Of a stretch of 64,000 nt of DNA, positions 20,561-30,470 are shown piece by piece; position 1 is the stretch's first letter; the number at the start of each line of letters is the position of its first letter. The DNA lies in assembly GCA_965203555.1 (NCBI GenBank), contig CBDBCY010000004.1, forward strand, positions 2,816,001-2,880,000. The letters run 5' to 3'. The position numbers and the translations under genes are program-made. The notes beneath the pieces are model-generated. The model worked only from the letters and a program-made list of their open reading frames with translations. It made no database searches and was not told where the DNA came from. The stretch comes from Acidimicrobiia bacterium (GTDB lineage: Bacteria; Actinomycetota; Acidimicrobiia; Spongiisociales; ZC4RG35).

Positions 20561-21426
20561 TTGGGATAGCGGAGTGGTACGGACACCCTCTTCTGGCGCT
20601 CTCGGCCCAAGATCGGAGGGTCCTGGCCAGGAAGGCGCTCCGAGAAGAGAGCGGGACTCCGCCTTGTCCATTTCAGGAAGGCAGGCCTCCTTGCCGTAAA
20701 CGCGGCGGCGTTTGCTCTCTCCGCCGCTATCAAGAAGGCGAGAGGGGTCGGATAGCCCAGGCGGTGGAGGATCCGGTGGTAGTCTGCCCCGCTCGCTTTG
20801 AGGAAGGACATATGCTGGTCGGGTGGTTGGCTGAGATCGTCGGGTTCTCCGCAGCGAAGACCAAACTCGCCAGGGAGGTCCCCTTCATGGAGGGAACTAC
20901 CACCGGGAAGCCGGCGGGGAAGATCGATATGGTGGTGGCCAGAACTTCCAACGGTGATCTCGACTGGTACGGCCTTGAGATTCAGGCGGTATATTTCTCG
21001 GGCAGGGGCATGGACTCCGAGTATCAGACATTGCGAGACGATGACTGTGCCGAGCCCCCGTTTCCGGGAGCGGTCCGCAGGCCGGATTGGCGATCCTCGA
21101 GCGCCAAGCGCCTCATGCCACAACTTCAGATCAAAGTGCCCACCTTGCGAAGGTGGGGCTCCAAGTTGGCCGTGGCTGTGGATCGGCCTTTCTTTGATTC
21201 CATGGGAGGGCCGAGTTCCAATCCAAGCCACGATCTGAATGAAGGTGACATCGTATGGATGGTGCCAAAGTTATCGAAAGACACCAATGGGAAATACACG
21301 CTTTCACATGACCATTGGGAAGTTCTCACTTTGGAAGATTCCAGCAGGAAACTGCTTGCTGCAAGGACGATCCCACGTGGGGCATTCGAGCAAACTCTCC
21401 GAGACAAGCTGCAACTCATAGGTTGA
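20548..21426 (+). CDS. NotI-family restriction endonuclease
   Basis: Cys4 metal motif 'CPF..C..GGVCS...VCPARF', 'IDMVV', 'LEIQAVYFSG', 'RPDWRSSSAKRLMPQLQIK...WGSKLAV'. Confidence 0.8.
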   Translation: MTTRFGIAEWYGHPLLALSAQDRRVLARKALREESGTPPCPFQEGRPPCRKRGGVCSLRRYQEGERGRIAQAVEDPVVVCPARFEEGHMLVGWLAEIVGFSAAKTKLAREVPFMEGTTTGKPAGKIDMVVARTSNGDLDWYGLEIQAVYFSGRGMDSEYQTLRDDDCAEPPFPGAVRRPDWRSSSAKRLMPQLQIKVPTLRRWGSKLAVAVDRPFFDSMGGPSSNPSHDLNEGDIVWMVPKLSKDTNGKYTLSHDHWEVLTLEDSSRKLLAARTIPRGAFEQTLRDKLQLIG

Positions 21427-21466
21427 TCGGGAATCTACGGTTGGGTAAAGGAGAGGAGTAGATGGT

Positions 21467-21586
21467 ATGAGCAACCAGAAGCTTTGGGAACGCCTGCAGG
21501 AACGGTTGAATCACAAGATCCAGAATTTCGCGGGAGTGGCGGGAGTCCCGGATGACTATTCTGGGCCAGGGCTAAGGAGAGGTTGA
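21467..21586 (+). pseudogene. Truncated 5' paralog of the serine hydrolase at 23487
   Basis: MSNQKLWERLQERLNHKIQNFAGVAGV versus MSNRGLWERLEKRVGQKIEGFAGLAAV; own AGGAG RBS. Confidence 0.75.
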
Positions 21587-22116
21587 GAGCGACCGTGCTC
21601 TTTCTTTACATTTTCGGGCTGGCAGTCGGTTTGCCGTTGCTGCTCGTTTTCGCCTTCGGCGGAGAACTGGGCGCGGACACCGACACCGGCTCGGAAGGGG
21701 GTTTCTTCTCGTGGGTGTCGATCAGCGCCGTTTCCTTTGGGGCTGTGTTCTTCGGTCTGGCCGGTTTGATCACGGTCTGGACGGGTCTCGCCGCCATTCC
21801 AGGGTTACTGATCGCGGTCGGGTTTGGCGTTCTGGGGGCATCTTTTCACAACGCCCTGTTCGGTTGGCTGCGCCGTAGCGAAGCCTCCAGCGAGGTGACC
21901 AAAATCGATCTGGTGGGCGCCAACGCCATAGTGGTGCTGGAGGTCTCCACCGAGCACAGAGGCCAGATAGTCGTCGATGCGGCCGGCGCCCGCCATAGAA
22001 TGACTGCCTCGCCCGCCGATCGGGATGACCGGTTAAAAAAAGGCGACAGGGTCACCATCGTAGGAATGGAAGGTGGATTGGCCCTAGTCGGAAGACAAAG
22101 AGAGAAGGAAAACTGA
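21583..22116 (+). CDS. NfeD/YuaF-like membrane protein with OB-fold
   Basis: Three TM helices then 'LVGANAIVV...GQIVV...LKKGDRVTIV'; precedes flotillin. Confidence 0.8.
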   Translation: MRATVLFLYIFGLAVGLPLLLVFAFGGELGADTDTGSEGGFFSWVSISAVSFGAVFFGLAGLITVWTGLAAIPGLLIAVGFGVLGASFHNALFGWLRRSEASSEVTKIDLVGANAIVVLEVSTEHRGQIVVDAAGARHRMTASPADRDDRLKKGDRVTIVGMEGGLALVGRQREKEN

Positions 22117-22118
22117 CA

Positions 22119-23420
22119 ATGGACACCTCATTAATTCCTGCCGTGGCCGGTGTGGGTCTGGCCCTAGTGGTCTTGATCATGATCTTCATCTTCAAGTCTT
22201 TGATCATTATCTGCCCACCCAACCGGGTGGCCGTCATTTCCGGACGTAAACGGGCGCTGGCCGACGGGCGCCTGGTCGGCTACCGCCTCCTACAGGGGGG
22301 TCGTACCATCCGTATCCCCATGATCGAGCGGGTCCAGTGGATGAATCTGAACACCATTCCGTTGCAGGTGGCGGTGACCAACGCCTATTCGCGGGGGACG
22401 ATTCCTCTCAATGTGGAGGGGATCGCGAATGTGAAAGTCTCCAGCCGGGAAGGTTTGCTGGAGAACGCCGCCGAGCGGTTCCTGGGACGGAGCAGCGCAC
22501 AGATCGGGCAGATCGCCAAGGAAACGCTGGAAGCCAACCTCCGTGGAGTCCTGGCCACTCTGTCACCGGAGGAGGTGAACGAGGACCGGCTCAAGTTCTC
22601 CCATCAGTTGATCGACGAGGCGGACGACGACATCAAGACCCTGGGATTGGAGCTTGATGTCCTAAAGATCCAGAACGTCACCGACGACGTCGACTATCTG
22701 ACCTCGGTGGGACGCCAACTCACTGCCAAGGTGGTGCGCGACGCCCGGGTGGCGGAAGCCGAGCGCAAAGCCGAAGCGGAAAAAGCCGAGGCCAACTCGC
22801 GACAGGTGGGACAGATTGCCGGCATCGAGGCGGACAAGGCGATCGTGGTGGAACGCAATGCCCTGCGGGTTCGCACCGCTGAATTGGAGGCAGTCTCCAA
22901 CGCCCGGGAGGAGGAGGCGCTGGTGGCGGGAGATGTCGCCCGAGTGGTGGCCAGCCAGGAACTGGAAGGCCAGCGCATCGAACTGGAGAAGCGACGGGTA
23001 GAAGCAGCTGTGGTAGTTCCCGCCCGAGCCGAGTTGGAAGCTCAACAGTTGCAGGCCCGGGCCGAAGCGGCATCCATCATCGAGGACGGGAAGGCCCAGG
23101 TTGAGGTGTTCAGGCTCCTCACCGACCAGTACCAGGCGGCCGGAAAGGACGGCCACCACGTACTGGTTCTCAACATGCTTCCCGAACTGATCGACAAGAT
23201 CGTCGCCACGGTGCAAGGAGTCAATATCGACCGGGTGGCAGTGGTGGACTCCAACGGCGAGCGGGGCGCCGGCGGCGGAGGCATACCCGGCCTGGTTTCC
23301 CAACTGCCGGCCGCACTGGTGGCTCTGACCGAACAGATAGACGCCGCCACCGGAGTGGACATCCTGGCTTCGCTGCGCCGTAGTGAAGAAGGGCAAACCG
23401 AAGACGACGGTACGGCATAG
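22119..23420 (+). CDS. Flotillin / SPFH domain protein
   Basis: 'GGRTIRIPMIERV', 'AAERFLG', 'ETLEANLRGVLA', 'LGLELDVLKIQNV', AE-rich coiled coil. Confidence 0.9.
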   Translation: MDTSLIPAVAGVGLALVVLIMIFIFKSLIIICPPNRVAVISGRKRALADGRLVGYRLLQGGRTIRIPMIERVQWMNLNTIPLQVAVTNAYSRGTIPLNVEGIANVKVSSREGLLENAAERFLGRSSAQIGQIAKETLEANLRGVLATLSPEEVNEDRLKFSHQLIDEADDDIKTLGLELDVLKIQNVTDDVDYLTSVGRQLTAKVVRDARVAEAERKAEAEKAEANSRQVGQIAGIEADKAIVVERNALRVRTAELEAVSNAREEEALVAGDVARVVASQELEGQRIELEKRRVEAAVVVPARAELEAQQLQARAEAASIIEDGKAQVEVFRLLTDQYQAAGKDGHHVLVLNMLPELIDKIVATVQGVNIDRVAVVDSNGERGAGGGGIPGLVSQLPAALVALTEQIDAATGVDILASLRRSEEGQTEDDGTA

Positions 23421-23486
23421 CCAGGCTCCTTCACGATCTGGAGCAGCAGGCGAGGAGACCGTTACCGCGGTCGAGGAGCAAATGAA

Positions 23487-24332
23487 ATGAGCAATAGAGG
23501 GCTGTGGGAGCGCTTAGAGAAACGGGTGGGACAGAAGATCGAGGGCTTCGCGGGACTGGCGGCGGTTTCGGTGTTGGATCTGGAGCGTGGAGACGGATTC
23601 TCCATCCGCGGCGACGAGGTGTTTCCCACCGCGTCATCCATCAAGATTCACATCCTGACACAGCTGTTGACCCGCTCCGAGCGGGGTGAGATCGACCTTG
23701 CCGACCGCGTCAGGATTACCCCGGAGATGTACGGAAGGGGCAGCGGGGTGGTCCACTACATGGAGAGCGAACCCGAACTGTCGGTGCTGGACATCGCCAT
23801 CCTGATGATCATCGTGTCGGACAACACGGCAACCAACATGTGTATCGACTGGGCGGGCATGGAGGCAACCAACGCGCTGTTGGAAGACATGGGCCTCGAG
23901 AACACCAAGCTGAGGCGCAAGATGATGGACAGCGAAGCCATAGACCGCGGTGAAGAGAACATCTCGACGCCGAACGAACTGGTGGCGATGATGGAGATGC
24001 TGTATCGGGGGAAGCCGTCGCCGACGGTGGCGGAGCAGGTCCTGCGCATCCTGGGAAAGCCCAAGTCCGCGCCGTTGAACCGCGCGATCCCGCCCAACCT
24101 GGCGGTTGCCAACAAGTCGGGCGGAATGGAACGGGTCCGCTGCGACGTTGGAATCGTGTTTCTCCCAAACCGGCCCTACGCCATCACGGTGATGACCAAG
24201 TTCGGGCTGCACGACTCCACAGCCAGCGAAGCGTTGATCGTGGACGTGGCCCGCGACGTACACCAGACCATGGTGGCGCTGGCCAGCACCAACGACTACG
24301 GGTTGGGTGTTCTCACCTTCACGAGTTACTGA
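23487..24332 (+). CDS. Serine hydrolase, class A beta-lactamase-like family
   Basis: SxxK 'ASSIK', 'SDNTATN', 'NKSG'; no signal peptide. Confidence 0.88.
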   Translation: MSNRGLWERLEKRVGQKIEGFAGLAAVSVLDLERGDGFSIRGDEVFPTASSIKIHILTQLLTRSERGEIDLADRVRITPEMYGRGSGVVHYMESEPELSVLDIAILMIIVSDNTATNMCIDWAGMEATNALLEDMGLENTKLRRKMMDSEAIDRGEENISTPNELVAMMEMLYRGKPSPTVAEQVLRILGKPKSAPLNRAIPPNLAVANKSGGMERVRCDVGIVFLPNRPYAITVMTKFGLHDSTASEALIVDVARDVHQTMVALASTNDYGLGVLTFTSY

Positions 24333-24715
24333 TACGAGTCTCTGCCAGTTGCGACTCAGGGAGTGGTGCGCAGTCGCCGGGTAGCGCGAGTAACCAGCCA
24401 CGGCGAACCAGGAAGCTAGGCAAAAACTCGCGAAAATCCCCCTCTCGGGCCCACCCCCGCCTCCACCGCGCCGTAGGTCTGGCAGGTTTCAGCCCAGCCG
24501 GGACTGGGGCTGATTGATCAGACCGGATGATCCCTTGCGCGGCCCGTGTGACGCCGGACGGGCCGGTTCGGTGTTTGGCTTCTGTCACTATGAGACATCG
24601 GTGGGACAAAGTCAACCCTGGGGCGCAGATTTCTTTGCCGAACGGATCCCGAACAGGAGGAATGCCTGAGCCACACCCCCGTCACAGGCCGGATCAGGGG
24701 CCGGTCAGGGACTCC

Positions 24716-26030
24716 CTAGCCTGCTGGTCCTCCCGGTCCGACCTCGTAGACCACGCTCTCTCTGGTGGCCTGGATGTTGGTGGAGTCGAGATGTTCGTGG
24801 ATCACCACCCGGGAGGCGCCGCAGTCCCCGAACTCGTCGCAGCTGAGGACGCCGGTCACTCCCTGGAAGCCGGACAGGTTGTCGAGGTACTCTCGTACCC
24901 CGGCCCGGTCTATCACCAGGGCACTGTCTCCAGAGCGCAGGTAAGAGGCTGCGGTGATGGCGTCGAGAAGCAGGACCGTGGCGTCGTAGGCATGCCCCCA
25001 GAACGTGCCGGTGGGCGGTTCGCCATCGGCTTCCAGATACCGGGCCTCGAGTTCCGGAGCGCTCCATCCGGTGCTCTGGTTGGTGTTGTTTCCGAAGCGT
25101 GTGTTGGGACCTGATATGTACATGCCTTCGCTCTCGGGCAGCGAGAGGAAAGTCGTCGCCGAGCAGCCCGTCGGCGCCGGCGAACACGGTCTCGGAGAAG
25201 GCCGGCATCTCGGCAGCCTGCTCCACCAGGACGCCGCCGGTGGGGAAGAAGATCGGGAAGAACAGGGCGTCGGGAGAGGTCTCGGCGATCTCGGTCAGCA
25301 CCGGCATCAGGTCCTCTTCCCTCCGTTCGACCTCCCAGGTACCGGTGATCGTGCCCCCGTGTTCCTCGAAGGCGGCGGAGAAGGCGGTGGCCAGACCCTC
25401 GGTGTAGGGGCCTCCGTCGTGCACGACCGCGGCGGTGGAGACATCCTTGTCATACAGGAAGTGCGCCATGGCCTCGCCCTGGATCAGATCGTTGTGTGCG
25501 GTGCGGTAATAGCCGGGGAAGTGGCTCCCTCCCTCGGTGCCGGCCAGGTCCGATGTCAGCGAGGGAGCGGTGTTGGATGGCGAGATCAAAACCATTCCGG
25601 CGCTGGTGATGAGAGGAGACGCCTCGGCCGCGGCCGCCGAACAGTTGGTTCCGACCACCCCCACCACGTCACCTTCGGCGATCACCAGTGAACCGGTGAT
25701 CATTCCCCCCTCGGGAGAGCACATGTCGTCGAGGCCCACGCCCAGGTCGACCCGGAAGCCGTGGATGGTCCCATAGTCCTCCACGGCGTAAACGATGGCC
25801 CTTTCAGCGGAGTTTCCCAACAGAGCGATGTCCCCGGGGTTGGTGTAGACCGAGCGGATCTGGACGCTGTCGCCCTGCGCCACCTCCACGGTACCCAGCG
25901 ATCCGTCGCCGAGATACTCGGGCGTCCCGCCACCACAGGCGGCGCCTACCAGCAGAAGGACCGTCAAGGTGGCCGTCAAGAGGTGTGTTCGGGAGATTTC
26001 TTTAGTCTGTTGCTTCGTTTTGGTGTTCAT
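24716..26030 (-). pseudogene. Branched-chain amino acid ABC substrate-binding lipoprotein, frameshift near 25148
   Basis: Lipobox GAAC, 'ISPSNTAPSLT', 'YYRTAHND'; extra T in 'gactttcc' relative to the paralog; C-terminus in ORF 24716-25123. Confidence 0.85.
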
Positions 26031-26158
26031 CCCGAGACGATATGGTACGGATGACCTCGTGTGATGTATGGGAATTGCGATCGGTCGCCAATCTCAAGGG
26101 ATGGAAATCTGGGTCAGCGAGGGGATTCTGCGATGGCGGCCGGCCAGTGAATGCCCCA

Positions 26159-27454
26159 TCAGGGTCCGACCTCGAACACCACGCTGTCTCGGGTGGCTTG
26201 GAGGGTTGTTGAATCAAGGTGTTCATGGATCACCACCCGCGAGGCGCCGCAATCTCCGAATTCGTCACAATTCAATTCTCCGGTGATCCCCTGAAATCCC
26301 GAGAGGCTGTCGAGGTACTGTCGCAGGCCGGCCCGGTCGACGACCAGGACGTCATCGGAACGGATGTAGGAAGAGGCTGCGATGGCGTCGAGAAGCAGCA
26401 CGGTTGCGTCATAGGCATGACCCCAGTACGCGCCTTCGGGAGGCTCTCCGTCGATGTCCTGGTAGCGGGCCACGAGTTCTGCGGCGCTCCATCCGGTGCT
26501 CTGGTTGGTGTTGTCTCCGTAGCGGGTGTCGGGACCCGAGATGTATATGCCCTCGCTTTCGGGCAGGGAGAGGAAGCTGTCGTAGAGCAACGCATCCGCC
26601 GCCATGAACACCGTTTCCGAGAAGGCGGGCATGTCTGCGGCCTGCCTCACCAGATAACCGCCGGTGGGAACGCGAATCGGGAAGAACAGGGCCTCCGGGT
26701 CGCTCTCTGATATCTCGGTCAACACCGGAAGGAGGTCCTGAGCTGCATGTTCCACTTCCCAAACGCCCGTGACAGAACCGCCGCGCTCCTCGAAAGCGTC
26801 GGAAAAAGCGATGGCCAAACCCCGGGTATAAGCATCTACTTCATGAACAACGGCCACCCTGGAAATGCCTTCCGCGTTGAAGAAACGAGCCACGGTCCGG
26901 CCCTGTACCAGATCGTTGTGAGCGGTTCGGTAGTAACCGTGAAAGTGGCTCTCGCCTTCGTGGCCGGCCAGGTTCGACGTCAGGGACGGGGCGGTGTTCG
27001 ATGGAGAGATCAGGACCATTCCGGCACCGGTAATCAGTGGCGAGGCTTCCACGGCCGCCCCCGAACATCTTGTGCCGATTGCACCCAAGACGTTCCCCTC
27101 GGCAACCACCAGGGAGCCGGCGATCATCCCCCCTTCGGGCGAGCACATTTCGCTGAGTCCCACACCCAGGTCGACTTCGAAACCGTGGATCGTTCCGTAG
27201 TCCTCGACCGCGAACACGATGGCCTTCTCGACGGAGTTTCCCAACAGAGCGATGTCCCCGGGGTTTGTGTAAACGGAACGGATCTGGATCGCCTCGCCGG
27301 GCGCCATCTCCACGGTTCCCAGTGAGCCGTCACCGAGGTACTCCACCGGTATGTCCGCACCGCCACAGGATGCAGATGCCAGCCCCACCATGGTCAGAAC
27401 AGCGACCAGTAAACGCGGAGTGGAGGGCTTATTGCCTGGTAAAAGTCTCAACAT
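26159..27454 (-). CDS. Branched-chain amino acid ABC substrate-binding lipoprotein (LivJ/K-like)
   Basis: Lipobox SASC, 'ISPSNTAPSLT', 'HAYDAT', 'FQGITGELNCDEFGD'; close paralog of 24716-26030. Confidence 0.88.
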   Translation of the reverse strand: MLRLLPGNKPSTPRLLVAVLTMVGLASASCGGADIPVEYLGDGSLGTVEMAPGEAIQIRSVYTNPGDIALLGNSVEKAIVFAVEDYGTIHGFEVDLGVGLSEMCSPEGGMIAGSLVVAEGNVLGAIGTRCSGAAVEASPLITGAGMVLISPSNTAPSLTSNLAGHEGESHFHGYYRTAHNDLVQGRTVARFFNAEGISRVAVVHEVDAYTRGLAIAFSDAFEERGGSVTGVWEVEHAAQDLLPVLTEISESDPEALFFPIRVPTGGYLVRQAADMPAFSETVFMAADALLYDSFLSLPESEGIYISGPDTRYGDNTNQSTGWSAAELVARYQDIDGEPPEGAYWGHAYDATVLLLDAIAASSYIRSDDVLVVDRAGLRQYLDSLSGFQGITGELNCDEFGDCGASRVVIHEHLDSTTLQATRDSVVFEVGP

Positions 27455-27501
27455 TGGTGAAGAGAACGATAATTGTTTATCTTCAGTTAATAGAGGAATG
27501 T

Positions 27502-27861
27502 TCAGAGATCGGCTTTTTCCCGGGCTTCTTCATATTGATGCAATGCCACCAAAAAGCCTATGAACAGGACGGCGGAAACCACCGTATAGGCAATCGGGAC
27601 GATCCGCACCTCGAAAGCGTTGAGTCCCTCGATGTTGGCCGGGCGAGGTCCCCGCGGCGCATAGAGCACGAACAACAGGCTCCCGATCGTCATCCAGGCC
27701 GAAATCCCGGCGCCGGTGACCAGGAAGGCGAGTTTTTTGCCAAGGTTGGTGTAGTTCAACAGGTATATGGTGCCGTAGAACACCAGGATGGCCGTCAACA
27801 GCAGGATGATCCCGGTGACGAACAGATTGGCCGAGAGCAGGGAGCGGAAAAGTTCGCGCAT
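27502..27861 (-). CDS. Small 3-TM membrane protein, last gene of the qcr-like operon
   Basis: Hydrophobic ORF starting 2 bp after the cytochrome c stop. Confidence 0.75.
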   Translation of the reverse strand: MRELFRSLLSANLFVTGIILLLTAILVFYGTIYLLNYTNLGKKLAFLVTGAGISAWMTIGSLLFVLYAPRGPRPANIEGLNAFEVRIVPIAYTVVSAVLFIGFLVALHQYEEAREKADL

Positions 27862-27863
27862 TT

Positions 27864-29570
27864 CTAGGTCCCCTTACCGTTGAGATCAGCAGCCCACAGA
27901 TACTCCACCAGCAGGTCCAGGTCGTCGGACGACAGCACTGCGCCAAAGGCCGGCATCTGCCCGTTCCCGAACCCGTTCACCCCGTAGGGTTGGTCCGCCA
28001 CCGCTCCCACCAGCAGGAAGTCGCGGAGGTTGTCCTTGGTCAGGAACTGCACGCGGGGCCGGCCTCTCCAGACGGCCGGTCCGAATCCTCCCGAGCCCGG
28101 CTGGCTGGCGTAGGGCGTTCCCGCCGACCAGCCGGACGTGTGACAGCGGGAGCAGTACCCGGTGAACACTCCCACCGCCCGGGTGGCGCTGTCCAGGTCG
28201 CCTCCGAAGGCAACGTCGGCCACGCCTTGGAGGTCTATCTCCCAATTGCGGTGTTGAACGGCGGCCAGCAGTTCCTCCAGTCCCGCTCGGGCGGGAGCGA
28301 GCAGACGTTCGGCGTTCTCGGTTCGCACGCGAAGGTTGATGGCGGCGGCTTCCATGCCGGAGATGGCGGTGGCGGCGGCCTGGTCGTCGGTGACCCCCCC
28401 TCCCGAGGAAGCCCGTTCCGGGTCGAGGTCCACCACCGTCAGGGTGTTGGGCCGCAGGGCGGTACGGGCCAGGGCGAGTTCGGCGGTGAGCACTCTCTCC
28501 GCCCGGTCGGACAGTCCGTCCCCGTCGGAGTCCTCCTCGCCCTCGGCCTGCAATGCCGTTCGGATCGACTGCATCCGCAGTTCCAGGACGGGCGCCCGGG
28601 ATATCACTTCCTGCAGTTCGGAGATGGCATGATCGGCCACGTCGGCATCGGGACGCCCGTCGGTGGCGGGGTTCTGAGGATCGAAGGTCAGAGCCTCGAT
28701 CTCGACGATGTCGAACAGAGCCGCCGCCGCGGCGGTAAGTTCGGAGATGGCCACCTCGGAGGCGTCGGAGAGATTGTCGCCGTCCCGGTCGATCCCCCGG
28801 CCGGAACCCTCCCGCGTCTGGCGGGCCAATTCCACCAGGTTGGCCATCGTGAACGCGTAGCGGGGCGCGCTTTCGATGTCGGAGATCAACTGGCGCTGTT
28901 CGATGATGGCTCTCTCCAAGGCCTGGTCGGCGTTCTCCAGCAGGCTCAACTGGCCCGTTACGATGGTGTCGGTCTTGCGGAGGCTCTCTTGCTGGGAGAC
29001 CTGGATGCTCTCGAGGTAGTTGACGATGTCGAAGATCTGCTGCTCGTTCATGGGACCGCCTCCCACCGTGCCCCAGGGAGGCATCGGAGAGTTGCCCCGT
29101 CCATATGTGACCCAGTAGGTGATGATGTCACGGTCATACCGCATGAATATGTCATCCAGGGCGGGCGCCGACCAGGAAACGCTCACTCCGGTGCGCTTCT
29201 CCACGTAGCTGGCCACTCCTCCCACGCCGTTGGGGCCGTGACAACTCCAGCAGTCCGCCTCCCCCGGTCCCACCAGTTCGGCGCCCCTTTCCACCGACTC
29301 TTCGTGGAACTGGTCGACGAAGCTGTCCTGGCGGTCGGTTTCGGTCAGGTAGTAGATCGCCAGTCCCACCGCCAGGAACGCCGACAGCAGGACGGCGCCC
29401 TGCTGGACCCGTTCCAGCCGCCGGGTCTCCAAGGCGTCGTCGGTGACCCCCGGCGCCTGGTTGGGCGGGATGCCTTCCCGTCGGCGGGAGCGCAGTGCGG
29501 CCACTCCCAGGAAACTGAGCCAGATGACGGCTCCCACCATCACCAGGGTGATTACCAGCGTTGAGTCCAC
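27864..29570 (-). CDS. Membrane-anchored diheme cytochrome c of the Rieske/cytb complex
   Basis: Two N-terminal TMs; CWSCH...'SPMPPWG' and CSRCH...'GQMPAFG'; DxDGDxLSD motifs between the heme domains. Confidence 0.85.
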   Translation of the reverse strand: MDSTLVITLVMVGAVIWLSFLGVAALRSRRREGIPPNQAPGVTDDALETRRLERVQQGAVLLSAFLAVGLAIYYLTETDRQDSFVDQFHEESVERGAELVGPGEADCWSCHGPNGVGGVASYVEKRTGVSVSWSAPALDDIFMRYDRDIITYWVTYGRGNSPMPPWGTVGGGPMNEQQIFDIVNYLESIQVSQQESLRKTDTIVTGQLSLLENADQALERAIIEQRQLISDIESAPRYAFTMANLVELARQTREGSGRGIDRDGDNLSDASEVAISELTAAAAALFDIVEIEALTFDPQNPATDGRPDADVADHAISELQEVISRAPVLELRMQSIRTALQAEGEEDSDGDGLSDRAERVLTAELALARTALRPNTLTVVDLDPERASSGGGVTDDQAAATAISGMEAAAINLRVRTENAERLLAPARAGLEELLAAVQHRNWEIDLQGVADVAFGGDLDSATRAVGVFTGYCSRCHTSGWSAGTPYASQPGSGGFGPAVWRGRPRVQFLTKDNLRDFLLVGAVADQPYGVNGFGNGQMPAFGAVLSSDDLDLLVEYLWAADLNGKGT

Positions 29571-29578
29571 GAATACTC

Positions 29579-30442
29579 CTAGATGCAGGAAGGGCCTTGC
29601 GGATAGGACACGGACTGGGCGATGGCCCGCGGGGTCTCCACGATCGTCCCGGTTCTGATGATCAGCCGCCCGTTGTCTGACACGTGGACCGCGAACCGGT
29701 CGAGGTTACGAGGGGCCGGACCGGCGAAATATTCGCCGATGGAGTTGTACTTGGAACCGTGGCAGGGACATTCGAAACCCTGGGAGTCGCCACACCAGGG
29801 CACTCGGCATCCCAGGTGTACGCATCGTTGATACAGCGCCATCAGGCCGCCGGCCACGAGATCCTGTTCGGCGAGTTGCTCGCTTCCCTGGGCGGGCGCC
29901 GGGACCACGTAGGCGCGGGCGTCGGGAATGAAAGCGGGAGTGATCAGCCCGGCGGCGTCGGTCATCTCGGGAACCAGGTCGGCGACGTTCCCGGCGTCCA
30001 CGTCGCTTCCGAAGCCCCCGCTGATCTTGGGCCATAGAAAGGCCAGAATCTCTATTCCCATGATTCCGAACCATGCCACCGACATGGCGGCCAGCGACCG
30101 GTTGAAGAACTGTCGGCGTGTCACCCCCACTTCCTCGGGGGAGGCTTCCACTATCACCTGTGATTCGGTGATGGGCGCCAACGCCTCCGTCACATGGGAG
30201 GGCTCCTCTTCTGTCACCGCCACCTCGTCCCCGGCCATCTCCGGTTCTTCGGCGGTGGCGGGGATCACCAACTCCATGGTGGGAGCGGAACGGTCGGCCT
30301 TGCGGGCGGCGCGTTCCACCCGCTTGGGCCACAGAGACGAGGCGTCCGGCTCGGCGCGGCGGAAGGCGATGGTGAATGCGCCAACCGCCGCGGCGATTGC
30401 CACCGCCGCCACTCCGATGATGATCAGCTCTGCGCCGCCCAT
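29579..30442 (-). CDS. qcrA: Rieske 2Fe-2S subunit of menaquinol:cytochrome c reductase
   Basis: 'CVHLGC' and 'CPCHGSKY', 'GPAPRNL', Tat-like 'TRRQF' before the TM. Confidence 0.92.
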   Translation of the reverse strand: MGGAELIIIGVAAVAIAAAVGAFTIAFRRAEPDASSLWPKRVERAARKADRSAPTMELVIPATAEEPEMAGDEVAVTEEEPSHVTEALAPITESQVIVEASPEEVGVTRRQFFNRSLAAMSVAWFGIMGIEILAFLWPKISGGFGSDVDAGNVADLVPEMTDAAGLITPAFIPDARAYVVPAPAQGSEQLAEQDLVAGGLMALYQRCVHLGCRVPWCGDSQGFECPCHGSKYNSIGEYFAGPAPRNLDRFAVHVSDNGRLIIRTGTIVETPRAIAQSVSYPQGPSCI

Positions 30443-30470
30443 TACTCCAACCGGATCCGATTATCGGGCA

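Noticed and set aside
23487-24332. Bona fide antibiotic-resistance beta-lactamase
   Set aside because: No signal peptide; resembles the broad cytoplasmic serine hydrolase group, so resistance cannot be claimed
24335-24700. Possible riboswitch or tRNA-Sec in the hairpin-rich gap between convergent genes
   Set aside because: Hairpins exist (e.g. tcagcccag/ctggggctga, cggcccgt/acgggccg) but no TPP, ZTP, SAM, glycine or tRNA consensus fits, and the position is 3' of both genes; probably terminators or REP-like sequences
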